Under the pieces are notes generated by a model. The model saw nothing but the letters and a program-made list of their open reading frames with translations, was not told the origin of the DNA and searched no databases. A program made the position numbers and the translations under genes. Of a DNA stretch of 61,378 nucleotides, positions 10,086 to 20,830 are shown piece by piece; position 1 is the stretch's first letter; the number at the start of each line of letters is the position of its first letter. Source of the DNA: a virus (Duplodnaviria > Caudoviricetes); IMG/VR virus record IMGVR_UViG_3300046171_000014, positions 1 through 61,378 of that record. The stretch is one strand, 5' to 3'.

Positions 10086-11626
10086 GCAACTGCCACCTTC
10101 TCTTTTAATTTCTTAGGGGCATCCTTACCGGCATCATTAACTTCGTCTAAAAACCCCCCACCAAATGCTTTTTCTATGGCGTCTGTAGAATCTTTCTTGA
10201 TTACAAACTCTCCAGCAGTCAAAAGCACGTCTTGATCACCATCCATTGTGGCTGGCACCATATCATCTTTCCCAGAACCATCGCCGGGACCGTTCACCAT
10301 CCCTTTATTGCCGTCTGCAAACCGCTCGCGAGTCTCGTCAAGCTCCCCAGACTGAACGCTCTCCACAAGATTGCGTAGCTGCTCCTCACCAAATTTAAGT
10401 AAAAACATACCTAAAATTTCTTTAGGGTTATCTGACTCGCCCTTAATAGCAGCCACAGCCTCTTCGATAAGTTCTTTCTCGTTCATCTCTTCTGAGACGA
10501 TGCCACCCTCTGCAAATCCTTGTAGAGTTGCTGGCATAACACCCTGAAGGTCTACAAGTGAGAACGGATCTTCAGGAATGCGATTAAGGTTAGGCAACAT
10601 ATCAATCCCATTGTTGGAGTCAGGCCGCATTGGTCTAGCAAAAGGATCTATGGGCTGTGGTCCAAAATTGGTTTCATATATTGGAAGGCTTGGCAGTTGG
10701 GCTGGGCCAGTAGGCTGCAGAGCATCGCTAAAAAACTGCTGCTGTTGGAATACATTTGGACCAAATCTATTCTTAGCCATCGTCTCAACTTCTTGAATAA
10801 ATGGCTTAACCTTTTCACCAGTAGTTGAGTTAATGCCCTGTGTAAGCGCATTAGCTAATGGATTAAACGCTGGATGCCCATACTGATTTCGTGGGAAAAG
10901 CTGACTAGCATGACCAATACTCAATATCCCACTAGTGCCCAACATCCCGCCGCCACGCATCTTTTTCACTTCTCCACCTTCAGCAAACATATTGCCATAC
11001 ATACCAACAGGGGGCCTATAATTATTTACATAATTGGTGAAGGGAAAATCCTCTTCAGCTTTAGGCTGTGCCATAGGTGGACTGTAACTAATCATAGTTT
11101 CTTCAGCCGTGCTGTCTGGATTTTTCTTGGGCTGATAAGATCTAATGCGAGGCATAGGCGGCGGAATGTCGTAAGTTTTCTTCTCTGGCATTTTCATAGT
11201 GGGTGGATTCAGTGCGCTGCCAACCAATGCAGCAGTGCCCACACCGGGAAGTGTCGCGCCAGCCAAACTACCCTGCAATCCTTTACTGGTAACTCCTTTT
11301 AAGAAAGCATTCCTGCCACCCTCTTTCATGGCAGCATCAATGGCGGCTTTAGTTGCCCCACTGGTAGTGTCTCCGATTGCACCAGACAAAGCCGCGTTGC
11401 CGCCGCCCGTTAAAGCACCCATAGCCTTACCGCCTAAGCCAGCTATTAATCCAGTTTGGATTCCCTTACCTACGTCACCTGTTTCAAGAAATGATCCCAG
11501 ACCAGCGCCTATACCAGCCAGAGTTGGCGCGCCAAAAGCAGCCAACCCAGCGGCGGCAGTTCCAGCAAGCATACCAGACCCAGCTAAAGCAGGTAATCCA
11601 AATCCTAAGAGTAAGGGTAGAGCCAT
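10082..11626 (-). CDS. Putative internal virion protein
   Basis: 514 aa; hydrophobic glycine-rich N-terminus, two FAEGG motifs, C-terminal GPGDGSGKDDMVPA...LTAGEFV motif. Confidence 0.55.
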   Translation of the reverse strand: MALPLLLGFGLPALAGSGMLAGTAAAGLAAFGAPTLAGIGAGLGSFLETGDVGKGIQTGLIAGLGGKAMGALTGGGNAALSGAIGDTTSGATKAAIDAAMKEGGRNAFLKGVTSKGLQGSLAGATLPGVGTAALVGSALNPPTMKMPEKKTYDIPPPMPRIRSYQPKKNPDSTAEETMISYSPPMAQPKAEEDFPFTNYVNNYRPPVGMYGNMFAEGGEVKKMRGGGMLGTSGILSIGHASQLFPRNQYGHPAFNPLANALTQGINSTTGEKVKPFIQEVETMAKNRFGPNVFQQQQFFSDALQPTGPAQLPSLPIYETNFGPQPIDPFARPMRPDSNNGIDMLPNLNRIPEDPFSLVDLQGVMPATLQGFAEGGIVSEEMNEKELIEEAVAAIKGESDNPKEILGMFLLKFGEEQLRNLVESVQSGELDETRERFADGNKGMVNGPGDGSGKDDMVPATMDGDQDVLLTAGEFVIKKDSTDAIEKAFGGGFLDEVNDAGKDAPKKLKEKVAVA

Positions 11627-11666
11627 CTGTTTACCTCAAAGTTTTGTAGAGCATAGCATCTACGAC

Positions 11667-12140
11667 TTAATCCATCAACTCAAAGTGCGGTCCGTCGATA
11701 AAAGGACGCCGCCCCTGCGATCTGCGTAAATCTATATACGCATTCATAGCTTCTTCCATCGTGCCTTCCCACTTACGGATATCCATCGGATATGGCATGT
11801 CTGGTGTGCCCCAAGCAGCGCCCCAGCAAATAGGAACCCCAAGCTGTGTAGCGGCCTCCTTGATTGCATCCGCAAGGTCATCATAGAGCGAGAGTTCCCA
11901 ACTCGCCCTGCCATTTATGAAGGCCATGATATCGAAAGCCTTACCCTCAAGGTGCTTAGACTTCATGGTTTTACTGGCACCCTTGGCAACTAATTCTTTC
12001 TGTTGCTCAATGGTTCTCATCCCTTGCACCACTCCAAAATCGGTCCTCGACAGCGTGATAGCCATTTTAACTACAGATTGTAGTCGCTCATCAATTCCCT
12101 CAAGCCTATCAAGACTGCGTCTGCTAAGTTTAAAGCTCAT
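11667..12140 (-). CDS. Endolysin, M15-family L-alanyl-D-glutamate peptidase
   Basis: Likely start MSFKLSRRS at 12140; motifs GMRT, SKHLEGKAFD and DGPHFEL. Confidence 0.9.
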   Translation of the reverse strand: MSFKLSRRSLDRLEGIDERLQSVVKMAITLSRTDFGVVQGMRTIEQQKELVAKGASKTMKSKHLEGKAFDIMAFINGRASWELSLYDDLADAIKEAATQLGVPICWGAAWGTPDMPYPMDIRKWEGTMEEAMNAYIDLRRSQGRRPFIDGPHFELMD

Positions 12141-12141
12141 A

Positions 12142-12531
12142 TCATTTCCTTTTAAAAAAGGCTTGCGCCCCGCGCACACCAAAACTGGCTGAAATTGCAA
12201 TTCCAAGGCTGTAAAAATACCAGTCGGGAGCTTTTGAGAGTTGTTCAAACCCACGATCAACCCAACCTTCAGCGCCCGGAATGAACGCCAAAATCAAAGG
12301 TATCGACAGGACAATAACGAACCATTCGTCCTTCCAGCTAGACTTGGCACCCTCTGCCATGATGCGCTCCCAGTCGGCAACGCTTGTTTCCTTCGACAAT
12401 AATATCTGGGCTTTCGCCTTCGCCTCAGTAAGTTTTAGCTCCGCAGCGGCAGCGTTCTTATCAGCCTTGCCCTGTAGCCACGATCCAGCAAGGTTTGCTA
12501 TCGGCCCTAGTGCAGCGGTAAAGATGCTCAT
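12142..12531 (-). CDS. Holin (3TM/GTA-holin-like)
   Basis: SSWKDEW motif, hydrophobic helices, basic C-terminus; directly upstream of the endolysin. Confidence 0.75.
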   Translation of the reverse strand: MSIFTAALGPIANLAGSWLQGKADKNAAAAELKLTEAKAKAQILLSKETSVADWERIMAEGAKSSWKDEWFVIVLSIPLILAFIPGAEGWVDRGFEQLSKAPDWYFYSLGIAISASFGVRGAQAFFKRK

Positions 12532-13364
12532 ACACTCTGACCCTGTATCATTGCACGGCCTCGCTCATACTCGTCGTTCATCATCTGCCTACCGCCCAGC
12601 CTGTAATAGTTCTCAGCAGCGTAGCGCATCGCAGGGCTAATGTTAGACCTGTCTGATAGACCCATAATACCTCTCAGTTGCGGTGGCATCTGTGGAGGCG
12701 GTGGGGCTGATGGCGTAGGTTGAGTGCCCCCCGCTGGTGGAAGAATGCCACCTCCTTGCTCTTGCTGCATACGCATACGGTTACGCAAGAACGCATTGTT
12801 AGGGTTAAAGTCTGTTGAATTAGGCGCATTGGGATCTGTAATAGTAGGCGCTGGGCCTCTATCACCAGAACTAACAGACATTTGCCCGTCTGCGCCTCTT
12901 TTAAACCCATACTGCTGACCATCGGCATACTGCTGTTGGGTTAGCCCCGTGCCCATGAAGTCTTGGTCTGCTCTTGATTTAGCAAACGCGGTCCTCTTAT
13001 TGTAAGCGTCAATCATCTCTTGGGTTACGCGGTCATCACCTTCTCCAAAAGGCTCTAATGGCTGTCCAAAAGAAAGAAGATCTCTATAACCTATCCTACG
13101 ATCAAGATTTGCATCTCTGAAGAAATCAGGCTTTGGTCCATAGCTTGCTAGTGTTGTAGGTGCTGGTGAATAATTATCTGTGCGCCCCATAGCAATTTCA
13201 GCTAGGGCTTGATTCCCAGCAGGGGTTGCACCAACATCACTTCGATATTTTTCTGCCGCCGCTCTACCTTGATTACGCTCTATGGTGGCGGCTGTTCTTT
13301 GCTTATAGTCATCTGTCTTTGGCGCAGCGCCAACGCCCATCTTCAGATCATCGAAAAATCCCAT
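12528..13364 (-). CDS. Hypothetical protein
   Basis: 278-aa ORF coupled to its neighbours; Pro/Gln-rich C-terminal half. Confidence 0.6.
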   Translation of the reverse strand: MGFFDDLKMGVGAAPKTDDYKQRTAATIERNQGRAAAEKYRSDVGATPAGNQALAEIAMGRTDNYSPAPTTLASYGPKPDFFRDANLDRRIGYRDLLSFGQPLEPFGEGDDRVTQEMIDAYNKRTAFAKSRADQDFMGTGLTQQQYADGQQYGFKRGADGQMSVSSGDRGPAPTITDPNAPNSTDFNPNNAFLRNRMRMQQEQGGGILPPAGGTQPTPSAPPPPQMPPQLRGIMGLSDRSNISPAMRYAAENYYRLGGRQMMNDEYERGRAMIQGQSV

Positions 13365-13573
13365 TACTTAGACCCCGCTTCTTTGCTCATCCAGATGCCA
13401 AAGCAACCTGTGAGTGCGCCCATGCAGACAGATACCAGACCTGCCGACTGTGTTGTGTGTGACTCTGGTGGCAAGCTCATAAACCAATGCACTGCCTGAT
13501 AGGTCAACACCGTGACAACAAACATCATCAGGCGGGGAAACACCTTCCAGTCATCTATAATATTCTTAGCCAT
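13364..13573 (-). CDS. Small two-TM membrane protein, possibly lysis-associated
   Basis: 69 aa, IDDWKVFPR followed by two hydrophobic helices; GGAG RBS. Confidence 0.65.
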   Translation of the reverse strand: MAKNIIDDWKVFPRLMMFVVTVLTYQAVHWFMSLPPESHTTQSAGLVSVCMGALTGCFGIWMSKEAGSK

Positions 13574-13582
13574 GTCAGTCTC

Positions 13583-13981
13583 CTACGTCGATACCGCTGC
13601 CCGTGTATCAACACGCAGCCAATTAGATCCATCACCAAACGCAACAACAGGGCTACCTGCTGCCCCATCAGAAACGTATATCAATGTGCCAGTCTCAACG
13701 GTTGGTAATGTTGATACTGTATATGTGGGCAGTGGCATACCTAAAGTATTGTTTGCTGCCGTAGCAGACTTGAGCCTAAGAACAGTATTGCTCTCATATA
13801 CGGTGCCAACCTCATCACCAGACAAAGAAGATGCAGGGATCTCAATGAGTATGGGCTTTGCTATGGCGGGGTTTGTAATCTGAGTGGCAAACACAGAGAA
13901 CGCACGAACCACCTCTGCCATATACTGTTGTGTATACTGGGTTGGTGGCACAGGAAAGAATGGTACTGGAGCTATAGACAT
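13583..13981 (-). CDS. Putative tail/virion protein
   Basis: 132 aa; LPTYTVSTLP...GTLIYVSD...AFGDGSNW fibre-type motif. Confidence 0.6.
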   Translation of the reverse strand: MSIAPVPFFPVPPTQYTQQYMAEVVRAFSVFATQITNPAIAKPILIEIPASSLSGDEVGTVYESNTVLRLKSATAANNTLGMPLPTYTVSTLPTVETGTLIYVSDGAAGSPVVAFGDGSNWLRVDTRAAVST

Positions 13982-16177
13982 TATCTTCTCCCGTCAGATC
14001 TTATATCAACGCGGGGGATACCCAACCGCCACAATACATCTGCATCTGTTGACTGAACCTTAAATGTAAAACTACGGCCTCGCAGTCTGGTTTGATACTG
14101 GCTGGTATACTGATCTACAGGCACATTAGATGTCTTTGTAATAGTATCAGTATTGGTTGTTTGGGCGACCTGACCGGGCGCGTTCTTAGCGCTCAAGATA
14201 AAATCTACCGTGGTATTGTCCACGTTGGTATCTCTGAAGTTAAGATCAGGAATTACTCTAGTGACAAAAGAGAATTGGTTTCCGTCAGAAACCCCAAGAT
14301 CACCCGACTCGATAAAGGATGTCATGGCTTCGCCATCTGCTTTTGCCCCTACCTCATGGTTAAACAGATAGTTGTCTGTACCTGTGCCCACAGGAAGCGA
14401 GGATATACCACGATCAAGCCATGCTGTACGGTCCAAAGTGCCTATGTACCAAATGCCTTCTTGATAATTGTAAACTACATACTTGTCATTCTCATCAGAA
14501 CTTGCAGAGGGGTAGAACCACCACACTTCAGAGAACGATATATTTGATCCTGCAACAACCTTGTCCGATTGTGCGGAGTTAAAGTCGTTAAACACATGAT
14601 CACGAACCGTACAAGGCAGACGCTGTACCGCACCGTTGTAAGTGTAAAACTCCGCTGCGCCCATCCAGTATACCGCATCATCTACTGCGACCGCCGCCTT
14701 TGGTGCAGCAATACTTATGTTGCTAGAGATAAGGTTGATACCAAACGTAAACGGTGGTCCGATAAACTGCATTGCGTATATGGCAACGTCAGTAAATACT
14801 AGGATTTGCTGCCTTGTTTCTACAGGCTTGTACGATCTTTGAACCAGAATCAATTCGCAGATCACCCGCTGTATTTGTAGTAGTAGGATACCAATCAATA
14901 GGATTCTCTTGGCTTGAGAACCTAATCAGCATAGGATCTTGCTCTCCATCGCCCTTCGCTGTCGATGAGCTTGCACCCAAACCGTCAGCGCCAAAAGCAA
15001 TAACGTGCCTATCACGATCTGATAAAAGTATTTGCGCCGCCTTCTGGGGCACAGATGTTGGCGTTCCTGTCAACGTAGAAAGCTCTATGCCTCTTGTGGT
15101 CACACCGTTTGTTTTGTCCCAATAGAACACCTGACCGTTACGTTCATTGAAGATAAGGTCTTCGCCAAAGTTATCGTGAGACCAGACCCGCAGGTTTGTT
15201 TCCGCAGTCTGTGTACCCGTGGCAGGGGCCTCACCCCAACCGTTAAAGTTGTCTGCGCTATCTGTGTTGCCCAAAGTAATGAATATGTTTGCACCGTTAC
15301 TATGTGTGGCAGCGCTGGTTCCTTTGGCACCGCGAGCAACGGTCAATGTATCTGTGGCTACAGAGGATACCGTCATAAGTTCGCTGCCCACCAAAACAAC
15401 GTCATTGGTTGCAAAGTTTGAGCCTTGTCCTGTCGCTACGTCTACCCCTGTCTCAGAGTTGTCTAGATCCTCTGCTATAGTAGTTTGGAAAGCACTGTTG
15501 TTCGTACCACCCCAAAGTCCAGCACCCCAACCAGCGCCCTCAACAGAAGAGTTAAGACCTGTACCTATCTGGTAGGTTCCAACCACACTGCTGCCACCAT
15601 TACCTGTGTCGCTGCCATTAGCGTTTACAGCAGTAGCGTTCAGACCACCTGTAACTGTGATACTAGGGATAGTGCTAACAGTACGCGCAGATATTTTGTA
15701 CCCGTTACCGTTTAAAACTTCTGTAATTTGGTACTCTTGGTTCAGTATCGCTGCCGTTATATTGCCGCCTAACGAAACTGCCCCAGAGAAAGTCACAAAA
15801 TCATTTACAACACAGCCGTGGTTCACATCCGTAACCGTGATCACAGGAGAGCCGTTTGTGGCAGCAAAAGTAACATCGCCCGCAGATGTGGTTGATCTGA
15901 TAGGCGTAATGTCGTTATACGCTGTACCTTGCTTGATGTAATACTTTTGCTCTGTCCCTACACCTAGAAACCTTTCGCCGTTAAGGGCGACCCATTCATG
16001 CAACCCACGGCACAACCCAAGAAAAGCATTACCTGAGTTCTTCTCCCAGCCGTTTAACTTTTCTGGATACCCAAATCTAAAGCGAACCTTATCACAATCC
16101 ACCCAGCCGTTCTCCTCAGAGTACGGGGTGATCTCTTTGTTTATGCCAGCTTTAAATCTAAGATCTGTGTACGGCAT
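13981..16177 (-). CDS. Tail tubular/stabilization (nozzle-like) protein, split by one extra base at ~14824
   Basis: ORFs 14789..16177 and 13981..14898 join as KIVQA|VETRQQILVFTD if one base at ~14824 is removed; WVDCDKVRFRFG and EVWWFYPS motifs. Confidence 0.75.
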
Positions 16178-18031
16178 TTAGATTGTTCCATTAGTAATTA
16201 CATCGCCTGTGACAGTCAGGTTGCCAGAACTGTCCAACTTCATAAGACTTGTACTGCCATACTTAATTATAAGGCTTGTACCACTTTTTACTATTTCCCA
16301 AGTAGATCCGCTACCACCTGATATAAAATGACTATCCGCTGTAACAGTATCGTCCTTCAATAGGACGCTATCAATAGTTACACCTGACCCAGAACTCACT
16401 TCCGTAACGGTGTTTGTAAATAACTGATTGCCAGACCCAACATTCAAACTTCCTGTTAATGTGCCGCCACCAGTAGATAGCTTTCCATCTAACTGCGTTT
16501 GAATTGCAGAAGTCACTCCACCTAAGTAACTAAGCTCTGTAGCAGTTATAGAAGAAGCCGCCACCTTTCCGCTTGCATCAGAATAAAGTGATCTCAGTGC
16601 GGTGAGGTTTGAGCTTGTAATGCTACTAGCTGCACCTGTGATAGTGGCTTGCTTACCGTCTATCTGAGTTTGCACAGCGGATGTGACACCATCCAAATAC
16701 CCAAGCTCTGTATCTGTAACGTCGGACACGGCAACCTTACCGCTAGCATTTGATATAACCGCACGACTTGCTGTAAGATCCGCGTCATCAATGGTGGTTG
16801 CGGCTCCTGTAATAGTTGCCTGTTTGCCATCAATTTGTGTCTGGATGGCAGAGGTTACGCCATCAACATAATTAATCTCTGCTGTAGTCGCTGTTACACC
16901 ATCCATAATGTTAAGCTCTGCCGTGGTGGCAGTAAGTCCATCTAGGATATCAAGTTCAGTTGTAGTTACGCCTGATACTGCAATATCCCCATCAGAGTCA
17001 GATATTAAAGCACGACTTGCGGTAAGGTCCGACATACGAACCACGGCCTTGCCGCCCATACCAGAGTGGTTGGAGCAATAGTAGTACAGCACCGCAGGGG
17101 CATCTTGCTCTAGTTTTACTTGCGTGTAAGCACCCGCACTTCCGGGCGTTCCCGCTGTTGTAATCCCTGTTGTAAATGGAGCATTAGGGCTGTTGTTGTC
17201 ATTGGTTGAAAACCGCAATGGGTGACTACTGTTCGAGGCATCTGATTGATCAAAGCGATAAGTGACAGACGGTTTGATTTCAACAGTCTGTTGAGAGGTG
17301 CCATCTATTACGAACTTACCGCCCGCTACTGTAACCGCTACAGTCCCAAGAGGCTGCTTTGCATCAATCTGGGTTTGAATTGCAGACGTAACTCCGTCCA
17401 CATAATTTAGCTCCGTAGCCGTGGCTGTAATGGATGTGCCCGCGATCTGTAGCGTTGTGGCGTTTACCTCGCCAGATGAACCGTAGATCACAGCCTTACT
17501 GTTGGCGATAGTGCCCGCCGCTGAACCGTCCAGCAAGTTTAATTCTGCACCAGAGGTAGTGACGCTAGTGGCACCAACATTAAATGGGCTAGATAAATCC
17601 GTTATGTTCTGTACCGCAGCGGTAAAGTCGGTTACTGCCGCACCAGATCCTGCACCGTCTGCAAGAACAATAGAACCCTTACCAACCTCAATCGTTACAT
17701 TCGCGCCAGATCCTTGAGTAACAATCAAGGCAGCATCTGTGGAGTTCAGGATCATGTATACTCTGGCTTTATCGTTTTGGGCTAAAGTAACCGTACATGT
17801 CCCGCCGGGCGACCCCGTAAACTTTATAGCTTTGTAATGTCCATTTTCCGCAGAGGAAGGCTGGGCAGACAGAGTTAGGGTATATGTTGTTGAACTAAGA
17901 GCGATAGACTCAAAGCCGTTAGCTGCACGATCAAGGATTTGCAAGTTGACGTTTGTACTAGAACCCCATGTACCAGCCTCGTCACCTGTAGTTATTAGTT
18001 TAACGCCGTTTGCGTCTGTATATGTAGCCAT
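16178..18031 (-). CDS. Tail fibre protein with ELNYVDGVTSAIQTQID repeats and a cupredoxin-like insert
   Basis: 617 aa, Thr/Ser-rich repeats; HPLRF...YYYCSNHSGM motif. Confidence 0.75.
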   Translation of the reverse strand: MATYTDANGVKLITTGDEAGTWGSSTNVNLQILDRAANGFESIALSSTTYTLTLSAQPSSAENGHYKAIKFTGSPGGTCTVTLAQNDKARVYMILNSTDAALIVTQGSGANVTIEVGKGSIVLADGAGSGAAVTDFTAAVQNITDLSSPFNVGATSVTTSGAELNLLDGSAAGTIANSKAVIYGSSGEVNATTLQIAGTSITATATELNYVDGVTSAIQTQIDAKQPLGTVAVTVAGGKFVIDGTSQQTVEIKPSVTYRFDQSDASNSSHPLRFSTNDNNSPNAPFTTGITTAGTPGSAGAYTQVKLEQDAPAVLYYYCSNHSGMGGKAVVRMSDLTASRALISDSDGDIAVSGVTTTELDILDGLTATTAELNIMDGVTATTAEINYVDGVTSAIQTQIDGKQATITGAATTIDDADLTASRAVISNASGKVAVSDVTDTELGYLDGVTSAVQTQIDGKQATITGAASSITSSNLTALRSLYSDASGKVAASSITATELSYLGGVTSAIQTQLDGKLSTGGGTLTGSLNVGSGNQLFTNTVTEVSSGSGVTIDSVLLKDDTVTADSHFISGGSGSTWEIVKSGTSLIIKYGSTSLMKLDSSGNLTVTGDVITNGTI

Positions 18032-18085
18032 CTGAGCGCCTATCTAAAAAGTTCAATTGCACTTAATATACGTTTTATTCTGCTT

Positions 18086-19039
18086 CTAAGCAACAAGGGT
18101 CCATTGTGGGTCTTGTGCGGGTGTTACTCTTATCCAATTTGGATCTTGGTCAGGCAGTATTAGACCGTAAACAGCAGCGCCCCCAATGAATACGGTAATT
18201 GAAACGCCTTCTACAGCTTCTCCCAGCTTCAGTGTTGCATCTTGACCCGCAAGTGCGAACACTCCGGTGTCCATGATCTCTGTAACCTTGCGGTTTACGT
18301 CTTGACCCGTCAAAGCAAAAGACCCGTGATCTGCATCCAATTTAAAACCACGGTTTAAATCAACATCCTGACCAGTCAGAACAAAAGATCCTTGGCCTGC
18401 TACAACCCTTCTTTGCAAGGAAAGGCTTAAAGTCTGGCCTGTTAGGGAGAAACTGCCCTGCGTTAAGGCTTCTGTTAAAGCAATAACAAAAGATATATCT
18501 TGTCCTGTAAGCGCAAAACTGCCAGCTTCTAAACTAGCTGATTTTTTAAAGTTTATTGCCTGCCCTGTAAGCGCAAAAGACCCCTGATCTAACGTCTCTG
18601 ATATAGCGCGAGGCGCGTCTTGTCCTGTAAGCGCGAAAGAACCATGAGCGGCATCTAATTTAAGGGCTTTGTTAAAGTCTGCGGTTTGACCTGTAAGATT
18701 AAACCCACCCGCTTCAAATATCTCTCCAACTAAGCCGCTTGCATCTTGTCCTGTAAGCGCGAAAGAACCATGAGCCGCGCTCATATTTACAGATATAACG
18801 GTCCCAACCGCCTGCCCTGTAAGGGCAAAACTACCCGCGCCTGCTAGCAATCCTTTACCCGCAATCACAGAAACATCCTGCCCTGCAAGAGAAAAGCTGC
18901 CGTTGTCTAATGTTTCGCTAATACCAAAATCAATTGTCTGCCCAGAAAGCGCAAAAGAACCGTGGTCTAAGCTAACAACAATAATCTCATGTCCAGAAGA
19001 CGCGAGTGCAGATCCTGCTATGGGGCTGTAACCTAACAT
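18086..19039 (-). CDS. Repeat-rich virion protein (GSFALTGQ repeats)
   Basis: About 12 copies of G[SG]FxL[TSA]GQ at ~17-19-aa spacing. Confidence 0.65.
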   Translation of the reverse strand: MLGYSPIAGSALASSGHEIIVVSLDHGSFALSGQTIDFGISETLDNGSFSLAGQDVSVIAGKGLLAGAGSFALTGQAVGTVISVNMSAAHGSFALTGQDASGLVGEIFEAGGFNLTGQTADFNKALKLDAAHGSFALTGQDAPRAISETLDQGSFALTGQAINFKKSASLEAGSFALTGQDISFVIALTEALTQGSFSLTGQTLSLSLQRRVVAGQGSFVLTGQDVDLNRGFKLDADHGSFALTGQDVNRKVTEIMDTGVFALAGQDATLKLGEAVEGVSITVFIGGAAVYGLILPDQDPNWIRVTPAQDPQWTLVA

Positions 19040-19060
19040 AGCAAGAAACTAACATTGTTT

Positions 19061-20812
19061 TTAGTTTGAGTCACCCTCATATCGACAGGTCCACATGGTC
19101 AAGCTGTACTTCTTTCCCCCACGCAAAGGCAGAACCTTATGTCCATGTGTTACCATAGACGGAAACAAAATGCACTGCCCAACTTTTACATCCTTGTTTG
19201 TAAACTCTTGTCTAGGAAAAACAAGCTCCGCTCCAGCGTAATTATCATTAAGCTTTACACTACCCGTAAACAAAGATGCATCTGTGTGAAGGCCTAATTC
19301 AGTCTGTGTATCCATAGAATAACGCATAGTAAACGCATCACGCAGACCAAGGTAGGCTTCTGGGTGCCAATGCTTCTCGCATATCTTACTAAGCTTATCT
19401 TCCCATTGTTCCGACATCTCGTCCCACAAGCCTAATTCTTTTAGCCGTATTTCTTGCGCTGGAAACTTATCACCATTAAGCTCACCCCACCGACCAAGGC
19501 TCTCTGATGTTTCGATGTATCGCTGGCATTGAGCCTCTGACATAAAGTCCGTCACCAATATTTCTGGAGCAACCTCTTCGTACTCAAGACCCTTATGGTA
19601 TGTGGGAGATAACACCTCTGCTTCTTCTACATACCCAAATTTATCTGCAAGATTTTTAAATCTTACCTTTGCATCATCTCCACCGTTGCCGTGGTAGATA
19701 CATGGGCAGCACATGCCGTTTGATAGTTGACCATTGATAACTTCAACATCGTCATCACATTGAAAAATGTAGCCTTCGTAATCTAAATTAGCAGAAGCCG
19801 TGGATTGCCAGTCAGATGATAAAAATCTTTTTTGCATCCATAGTTGATCATCAGAGTCATTGGGCACTGCCTTATTAAGAAACTCTTTGAGCGTACCCAC
19901 TTTACCTATGTACGCGCCGCTGTTTAAGTACCTATAGATTGTTGACAAAGGAAATTGTGAAGCCATCGTCGCATCGGGCCAACAATTTTTTTCTGCTGCG
20001 AATATGATATCTGCACCCATGTCCTCATATCTCTCTAGGATAGTAGGCAGCGTGTCGTTTATGATAACATCGTAACCATCCACAAATAGCACTACATCCC
20101 CATCGTGCAGAGATTCAAGGTGGTTACGAACAAGGTTAATCTTTTGACCTCCGCCTTGGGCTTCCATTGTGCCGCCTGCCCAGTTTACCTTACGTCCAAG
20201 ATTTAAGTACGTTATCCCGTGCGCTTTTGCAGATTGCTCCAAAGCCCACATTTTACTTTGATCTGTTCCAACTGTCAGTACATGTACCTGCATTGATTCC
20301 CCCTCAATCGTGCTTGGCCTAACTTCTCTGGGTATCTGCTTTACAATCTCTGGTGTAAAGAAAAAGTTCGATTGAACTTTTAGTTTGGCAGGCACCCATT
20401 CATCTACAGGAATGATAGCATCCTTGTAGCCATCTATCAATCTCTTGGCGGTTTCTGGTCTAATAGCGTAAGCATGACAATTATACCAATAGCCAAGAGT
20501 ATTAAGGCGGTATCCCAACCAAACGCTGTCATGCTCTTTCAATAGAGTGTCTACTGCACTTGGGTCAATGCTGTCATAGACTGCATCTTCTTCAAGGATT
20601 ATGCCGTTGCGATTAGAGGCGGCTATCTTTTCCCAAGCTCTAAGGTGGCTAACAGCGCAACCAAACTCTGTAACTAACAGGGGCCTGTCCAGTATTGGAT
20701 CACGCCACTGCGCATCTCTGATGCAGCCCGTCTCTTTCTCTACAGTGTTCCAATCTTTTCCTCGTGCATCATACGCAGATCCATGCAGAGAAATCTGATA
20801 TACTATTGCCAC
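19061..20812 (-). CDS. Fused GT25-like glycosyltransferase, PLOD-type glycosyltransferase and 2OG-Fe(II) lysyl-hydroxylase-like domain
   Basis: EFGCAVSH...ILEEDA...AYAI...PVDEW (GT25); GGGQKINL, LFVDGYD, FAAEKNCWPD, YLNSGAYIG, DDQL, HGNG (PLOD GT); HTDAS...H...K.S (2OG-Fe(II) oxygenase). Confidence 0.85.
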   Translation of the reverse strand: MAIVYQISLHGSAYDARGKDWNTVEKETGCIRDAQWRDPILDRPLLVTEFGCAVSHLRAWEKIAASNRNGIILEEDAVYDSIDPSAVDTLLKEHDSVWLGYRLNTLGYWYNCHAYAIRPETAKRLIDGYKDAIIPVDEWVPAKLKVQSNFFFTPEIVKQIPREVRPSTIEGESMQVHVLTVGTDQSKMWALEQSAKAHGITYLNLGRKVNWAGGTMEAQGGGQKINLVRNHLESLHDGDVVLFVDGYDVIINDTLPTILERYEDMGADIIFAAEKNCWPDATMASQFPLSTIYRYLNSGAYIGKVGTLKEFLNKAVPNDSDDQLWMQKRFLSSDWQSTASANLDYEGYIFQCDDDVEVINGQLSNGMCCPCIYHGNGGDDAKVRFKNLADKFGYVEEAEVLSPTYHKGLEYEEVAPEILVTDFMSEAQCQRYIETSESLGRWGELNGDKFPAQEIRLKELGLWDEMSEQWEDKLSKICEKHWHPEAYLGLRDAFTMRYSMDTQTELGLHTDASLFTGSVKLNDNYAGAELVFPRQEFTNKDVKVGQCILFPSMVTHGHKVLPLRGGKKYSLTMWTCRYEGDSN

Positions 20813-20830
20813 CTTGAGCCTTAAAACTAA

